Shown piece after piece: positions 51,070 through 64,000 of a stretch of 64,000 bases of DNA. The notes under the pieces were generated by a model. That model did no database searches, had not been told where the DNA came from, and was given only the letters and a program-made list of their open reading frames with translations. The number at the start of each line of letters is the position of its first letter. The stretch's first letter is position 1. This stretch comes from an uncultured Methylomirabilota bacterium (GTDB lineage: Bacteria > Methylomirabilota > Methylomirabilia > Methylomirabilales > 2-02-FULL-66-22): the NCBI GenBank assembly GCA_963845565.1, contig CAWJSJ010000002.1, positions 2,272,001 through 2,336,000 on the forward strand. The letters are read 5' to 3'. A program made the position numbers and the translations under genes.

Positions 51070-51187
51070 GACCGACGCCGGGCAGGACGGGGCCCGCCAA
51101 CGAGATCGATCCCGCCCGTGGGGTGTTCGGTTTTTCGTCGTGTCGAGTGGAAGGCGACGGCCCACCTCAGCCGTCGCTCAGGACTCG
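51070..51187 (+). promoter_or_regulatory. Structured rplK-rplA intergenic RNA (hairpin plus U-tract; L1-binding-like internal loop)
   Basis: Two predicted hairpins. The second has a GGAAG/TCAGG internal loop just upstream of the rplA RBS. Confidence 0.5.
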
Positions 51188-51206
51188 GGAAAGGAGGGAG
51201 CCAGCA

Positions 51207-51926
51207 ATGGCGAAAATCGGTAAGCGGTACGTCAAGGCCGCCGAGGCGGCCAAGCAAGCCGTCGGGGTCGCCGACGGGGTGGAACTGGCGAAGGCCATCG
51301 AGGTGGCCAAGGCCAACGCAACGGCCAAGTTCGACGAGACCTTGGACATGGCGGTGCGGTTGGGTGTGGACCCAAAGCACGCCGACCAGATGGTCCGGGG
51401 AACGGTCGTGCTTCCGAACGGGACGGGAAAGAAAGTCCGGGTCCTGGTCTTCGCCAAGGGCGAGAAAGAGAAAGAGGCCCAGGAGGCGGGTGCGGACTAC
51501 GTGGGGGCGGAGGACTTTGTCGAGAAGATCCAGGGGGGGTGGCTGGATTTCGATCGGGCCATCGCCACGCCGGATGTCATGGGCCTGGTGGGTCGCCTGG
51601 GCAAGGTCCTGGGGCCCCGCGGGCTGATGCCCAACCCCAAGACCGGCACCGTCACCTTCGAGGTCGGCAAGGCGGTGCGCGAGTTCAAGGGGGGCAAGAT
51701 CGAATTCCGCGTGGAGAAGGCGGGCATCGTGCACGTGCCCTTCGGGAAGGCCTCCTTCACGCCACAGCAGCTCACGGACAACGCCTTGGCCATTCTGGAC
51801 GCCCTGCTCCGGGCCAAGCCCGCTGCGAGCAAAGGGCGGTACCTTCAAGGGGTGTCCATCTCGTCCACCATGGGCCCGGGGGTTCGGGTCGACACCAACG
51901 CCGTGCAGGCCATGGTGAAGGTCTAA
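51207..51926 (+). CDS. rplA: 50S ribosomal protein L1
   Basis: 'AKFDET', '[13 protein letters not shown]', '[11 protein letters not shown]'. Confidence 0.98.
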   Translation: MAKIGKRYVKAAEAAKQAVGVADGVELAKAIEVAKANATAKFDETLDMAVRLGVDPKHADQMVRGTVVLPNGTGKKVRVLVFAKGEKEKEAQEAGADYVGAEDFVEKIQGGWLDFDRAIATPDVMGLVGRLGKVLGPRGLMPNPKTGTVTFEVGKAVREFKGGKIEFRVEKAGIVHVPFGKASFTPQQLTDNALAILDALLRAKPAASKGRYLQGVSISSTMGPGVRVDTNAVQAMVKV

Positions 51927-51939
51927 AGAGGAGGCTTCG

Positions 51940-52464
51940 GTGGCGCGTGAAGAGAAGGGCGCAAGCATTGCGGAACTTCGCGACAAACTCGGCAACGCCC
52001 GGGGCGCGGTCCTGACCGATTTCCGCGGCCTGAGTGTGGCCGATATCACGGAGCTTCGCACCCTCCTCCGCAAGAACGCGGTGGAGTACAAAGTCGTCAA
52101 GAACACCCTGGCCAAGCTGGCGGTCAAGGAGACCGATCTGGCGGGTCTCGCCGCCTACCTGGAGGGGCCCACGGCCGTCGCCCTGAGCCGAACGGATCCG
52201 GTGGCGGCCTCGAAGGCCGTGACCGCCTGGGCAAAGGGGCGGCCGACCTTCGTCATCAAGGGCGGGATCGTGGAGGGACGCGTCGTCGGACCGGCCGAGA
52301 TTGCCGATCTGGCTGCCCTCCCGCCGCGCGAGGTCTTGCTGGCGCGGATGGCCGGCGTGTTCCAGGCGCCGCTGCAGGGGCTGCTGCAGGTCCTCTCGGC
52401 CCCGCTGCGGGGATTGGCCAGCGTTCTCGACCAGGTCCGAAAACAAAAAGAGGGGGCGGCGTAG
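51940..52464 (+). CDS. rplJ: 50S ribosomal protein L10
   Basis: 'DFRGLSV', 'VVKNTL', 'LPPREVLLA'. Confidence 0.97.
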   Translation: MAREEKGASIAELRDKLGNARGAVLTDFRGLSVADITELRTLLRKNAVEYKVVKNTLAKLAVKETDLAGLAAYLEGPTAVALSRTDPVAASKAVTAWAKGRPTFVIKGGIVEGRVVGPAEIADLAALPPREVLLARMAGVFQAPLQGLLQVLSAPLRGLASVLDQVRKQKEGAA

Positions 52465-52540
52465 CCGCCGGCGTGCCGCACCCACGAGGTGAAGGCGCTT
52501 CTGTTTCCTGAGACCAACGAGGTTCTTCAAGGAGGCTGCA

Positions 52541-52927
52541 ATGGCAAAAGTCACGATCGACGACGTGTTGGAGTCCATTGATTCCTGGACGATGCTGGAG
52601 GTGAACAATCTCGTCAAGGGGATCGAGAACAAGTACGGGATCTCGGCGGCGGCGCCGGTGGCGGTGGCCGCGGCCCCGGCGGCGGGCGGCGGCGCGGTAG
52701 CGGTGGCGGAGGAGAAGACGGAATTCAACGTCATCCTGGCCGGTGTCGGCGAGAAGAAGATCCAAGTGATCAAGGAGGTTCGCGCCATCACGGGGCTGGG
52801 CCTGAAAGAAGCCAAAGACCTGGTGGACGGCGCTCCCAAGCCGGTCAAGGAAGGAATCTCCAAGGCCGAGGCGGACGAGATCAAGAAGAAGCTCGAGGAC
52901 GCCGGGGCGACTGTCGAACTCAAGTAG
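52541..52927 (+). CDS. rplL: 50S ribosomal protein L7/L12
   Basis: 'EEKTEFNV', '[11 protein letters not shown]'. Confidence 0.98.
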   Translation: MAKVTIDDVLESIDSWTMLEVNNLVKGIENKYGISAAAPVAVAAAPAAGGGAVAVAEEKTEFNVILAGVGEKKIQVIKEVRAITGLGLKEAKDLVDGAPKPVKEGISKAEADEIKKKLEDAGATVELK

Positions 52928-52951
52928 CTCACGCAACGAGGGGAAACGCGC

Positions 52952-56914
<3,963 letters not shown>

Positions 56915-56947
56915 TCAGGAATCGCGTCGCCGCGATTCTTAAAGGAG

Positions 56948-61060
<4,113 letters not shown>

Positions 61061-61075
61061 CGGCCGAGAAACCCC

Positions 61076-61104
61076 TTGACAAACCGGGGCCGCCCACGTA
61101 GACT
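61076..61104 (+). promoter_or_regulatory. Putative str operon promoter
   Basis: TTGACA-N17-TAGACT. Confidence 0.65.
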
Positions 61105-61139
61105 CCCCCGGTTCTTTTCATTCGGCACGGAAGAGGAAT

Positions 61140-61517
61140 ATGCCAACCATTTCACAGCTGGTCCGACGGGGGCGCGCCGCGCTCCCCAAGAAGCAGAAGG
61201 CGCCCGCCCTGCAGAGTTGCCCGCAGAAGCGCGGGGTGTGCGTCCGGGTGTACACCACCACCCCGAAGAAGCCGAATTCGGCCCTGCGTAAGGTGGCCCG
61301 TGTCCGACTGACCAATCAGATCGAGGTGACGACTTACATCCCGGGCGTCGGCCATAATCTGCAAGAGCACTCCATCGTGCTGATCCGGGGCGGCCGCGTG
61401 AAGGACCTGCCCGGGGTGCGCTATCACATCATCCGGGGCGCGCTGGATACCGCGGGCGTGTCCGATCGAAAGCAATCGCGGTCCCTGTACGGGGCCAAGC
61501 GACCGAAGACCAGTTAA
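61140..61517 (+). CDS. rpsL: 30S ribosomal protein S12
   Basis: '[11 protein letters not shown]', '[12 protein letters not shown]'. Confidence 0.99.
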   Translation: MPTISQLVRRGRAALPKKQKAPALQSCPQKRGVCVRVYTTTPKKPNSALRKVARVRLTNQIEVTTYIPGVGHNLQEHSIVLIRGGRVKDLPGVRYHIIRGALDTAGVSDRKQSRSLYGAKRPKTS

Positions 61518-61622
61518 CACAGCCGGCACCGGGGGTCAGGGGCGCCCTTCCGCCCCCCGGTGCCGGTTTCTTCTCTCCGACAGTCCGCCGAAAACATCGG
61601 ACCGTGTTGCGAGGAGCCGGGG

Positions 61623-62093
61623 ATGCCGCGACGAAAGGTTGCCGAGAAGCGCGAGATCTTGCCTGATCCCGTTTACGGCAGCAAGCTGGTGACCAAGTTC
61701 GTGAACTCGATGATGGCCAAGGGCAAGCGGAGCACGGCGGAGCGGATCTTCTACGGCTGCATGCGCCTGATCGAAGACCGCACCAAGACGGATCCGCAGA
61801 AGCTCTTCAAGCAGGCCGTCGACAACGTCAAGCCGGTGGTGGAGGTGAAGTCCCGCCGCGTGGGCGGCGCCACCTACCAGGTCCCGGTCGAGGTGCGGCC
61901 CGACCGGCGGACGTCGCTGGCGCTGCGCTGGGTGATCGGGTACGCCCGGAACCGCACCGAGAAGACGATGCAGGAGCGGTTGGCGGCGGAGCTGATCGAG
62001 GCGGCCAACAACCGCGGCTCGTCGGTCAAGAAACGCGAAGATACGCACAAGATGGCGGATGCCAACAAGGCCTTCGCTCATTATCGCTGGTAG
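61623..62093 (+). CDS. rpsG: 30S ribosomal protein S7
   Basis: 'MPRR', '[12 protein letters not shown]', '[10 protein letters not shown]'. Confidence 0.98.
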   Translation: MPRRKVAEKREILPDPVYGSKLVTKFVNSMMAKGKRSTAERIFYGCMRLIEDRTKTDPQKLFKQAVDNVKPVVEVKSRRVGGATYQVPVEVRPDRRTSLALRWVIGYARNRTEKTMQERLAAELIEAANNRGSSVKKREDTHKMADANKAFAHYRW

Positions 62094-62123
62094 GCACGCG
62101 GCACCGATAGGCAGGTTTGAATC

Positions 62124-64000
62124 GTGGTGGAAACGTTCTCCCTGGCGCGAACCCGGAATATCGGCATCATGGCGCACATCGATGCCGGTAAGACGACGAC
62201 GACCGAGCGGATCTTGTACTATACGGGCAAGACCCACAAGATCGGCGAAGTCCACGAGGGTTCGACCGAGATGGATTGGATGGAGCAGGAGAAGGAGCGG
62301 GGGATCACCATTACCTCCGCTGCCACGACCTGCTTCTGGAACGACTACCGGATCAACATCATCGATACGCCGGGCCACGTGGATTTCACCGTGGAGGTGG
62401 AGCGGTCGCTTCGGGTGCTGGACGGGGCCGTGGCGGTGTTCGATGCGGTGTCCGGGGTAGAGCCCCAATCGGAAACCGTCTGGCGCCAGGCCGACAAATA
62501 CGGCGTTCCCCGTATCGCCTTCATCAACAAGATGGATCGGATGGGAGCCGACTTCGAGCGCTCGGTGGCGATGATCGCCGAGCGACTGGGGGCCAACCCG
62601 GTCTGCGTCCAGCTCCCTCTCGGCAAGGAAGACAAGCTGCGAGGGATCGTGGATGTCGTCGAGATGAAGGCGTTCGTGTGGGAGGAGGAAACGCTCGGCG
62701 CGGCCTATCACGAAGAGCCCATCCCGGCGGACGTTCAGGCCGCTGCGACGGCCGCCCGGGAACGCCTGGTGGAGGCGGTGGCGGATCAGGACGAGCAGTT
62801 GATGCAGAAGTACGTGGCCGGGGAGCCGGCAACGGGTGCCGAGATCCAGGCCGCGCTGCGCCGCGCCACGCTGCGTCTCACGGCGGTGCCTGTCCTGTGC
62901 GGATCGGCCTTCAAGAATAAGGGGGTCCAGGCGCTGCTGGATGCGGTCGTGGCGTATCTGCCGTCTCCGCTGGACCTGCCGCCGGTGGTGGGCAAGAACC
63001 CCAAGACCGGAGCCGAGGAACGGCGCGAGCCGACGGACAGTGCCCCCTTTTCGGCCCTGGTCTTCAAGATCATGGCCGACCCGTTCGTAGGGCAATTGGC
63101 CTTCTTCCGCGTCTACTCGGGAGCGCTTGACGCCGGCTCGTATCTGTATAACTCCACGCGCGGCACCAAGGAGCGAGTGGGCCGTCTCCTCCGGATGCAC
63201 GCCAACAAGCGGGAAGACGTCAAGCGGGTGGCGGCGGGGGATATCGCCGCGGCCGTGGGGCTGCGGAACGCCAAGACGGGCGACACGCTGTGCGTGGAGA
63301 ATAAACCGATCGTATTGGAAGCGATCGAATTTCCCGAGCCGGTGGTGTCCGTGGCGATCGAGCCCAAGACCAAGGACGGCCAGGAGCGGCTCTCCATGGC
63401 CCTGGCGGCCCTGTCCAACGAGGACCCGACCTTCCGCGCCACCACGGACGAAGAGATGGGGCAGACCATTATCTCGGGAATGGGGGAGTTGCACCTCGAG
63501 ATCATCGTCGACCGTCTTCTTCGGGAATTCCGCGTCGAGGCGAACGTGGGGAAGCCGCAGGTCGCCTACCGCGAGACGGTCACGACGCCCGTCTCGGCCG
63601 AGGGTCGCTTTATCCGGCAGACGGGCGGGCGGGGACAATACGGCCACGTCAAGATTCAGCTCGAGCCGCTACCAGGGGGCGGTTTCGAGTTTGCGAACAA
63701 GATCATCGGGGGGACCATCCCGAAGGAGTACATCCCCGCTGTTGAGAAGGGGATTCGCGAGGCGATGGAGGGCGGCGTTCTGGCGGGGTACCCGGTGGTG
63801 GACGCCCGCGTGACGCTCTACGACGGCTCCTTCCACGAGGTGGACTCGTCGGAGATGGCCTTCAAGATCGCCGGGTCGATGGCCTTCAAGGATGGGGCGC
63901 GGCGGGCCAAGCCGAGCTTGCTCGAGCCCATCATGCGCTTCGACGTGATCGTTCCGGAGGAGTTTGTCGGCCAAGTGATTGGCGACCTCAATTCGCGCCG
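62124..64000 (+). CDS. fusA: Elongation factor G (runs off the window end; absent from the ORF track)
   Basis: Hand translation from GTG 62124/62127 gives '[21 protein letters not shown]', 'DTPGHVDF', 'NKMD', 'MGELHLE'. Confidence 0.97.
   Translation, partial: MVETFSLARTRNIGIMAHIDAGKTTTTERILYYTGKTHKIGEVHEGSTEMDWMEQEKERGITITSAATTCFWNDYRINIIDTPGHVDFTVEVERSLRVLDGAVAVFDAVSGVEPQSETVWRQADKYGVPRIAFINKMDRMGADFERSVAMIAERLGANPVCVQLPLGKEDKLRGIVDVVEMKAFVWEEETLGAAYHEEPIPADVQAAATAARERLVEAVADQDEQLMQKYVAGEPATGAEIQAALRRATLRLTAVPVLCGSAFKNKGVQALLDAVVAYLPSPLDLPPVVGKNPKTGAEERREPTDSAPFSALVFKIMADPFVGQLAFFRVYSGALDAGSYLYNSTRGTKERVGRLLRMHANKREDVKRVAAGDIAAAVGLRNAKTGDTLCVENKPIVLEAIEFPEPVVSVAIEPKTKDGQERLSMALAALSNEDPTFRATTDEEMGQTIISGMGELHLEIIVDRLLREFRVEANVGKPQVAYRETVTTPVSAEGRFIRQTGGRGQYGHVKIQLEPLPGGGFEFANKIIGGTIPKEYIPAVEKGIREAMEGGVLAGYPVVDARVTLYDGSFHEVDSSEMAFKIAGSMAFKDGARRAKPSLLEPIMRFDVIVPEEFVGQVIGDLNSR

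Overview
High-GC bacterial chromosome segment from a diderm. Gene content and order loosely suggest a Methylomirabilota/NC10-like or deltaproteobacteria-like lineage (inference only). Positions 1-12.5 kb are accessory: two PAS/GAF sensor kinases, then two paralogous NarL-type response regulators. Each regulator is followed by a similar intergenic motif, a different secreted-enzyme cargo (GntR plus an alpha/beta-hydrolase, or a His-rich LVIVD beta-propeller) and the same palindromic hairpin. About 3.2-8.4 kb is full of single-base indels, probably long-read error. Positions 12.6-19.3 kb hold a SAM-I riboswitch-controlled Dpp/Gsi-type ABC transporter (no ATPase) plus an LsrG-like gene, divergent from a NIF3-like gene and an M20 dipeptidase. 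The rest is housekeeping: leuB, engB, TPR-LolB-like-ispE-prs-rplY-pth, rpsF-ssb-rpsR-yybS-rplI-dnaB, an aromatic-repeat protein with MlaEFD, radA-carD-yacL-ispDF-cysS-rlmB, five tRNAs (the Thr-Tyr-Gly-Thr cluster is split by a TPR-metallopeptidase), tuf, rpmG, secE, nusG, rplKAJL, rpoBC, rpsL, rpsG and a partial fusA. No CRISPR array, rRNA, integrase or transposase was seen.
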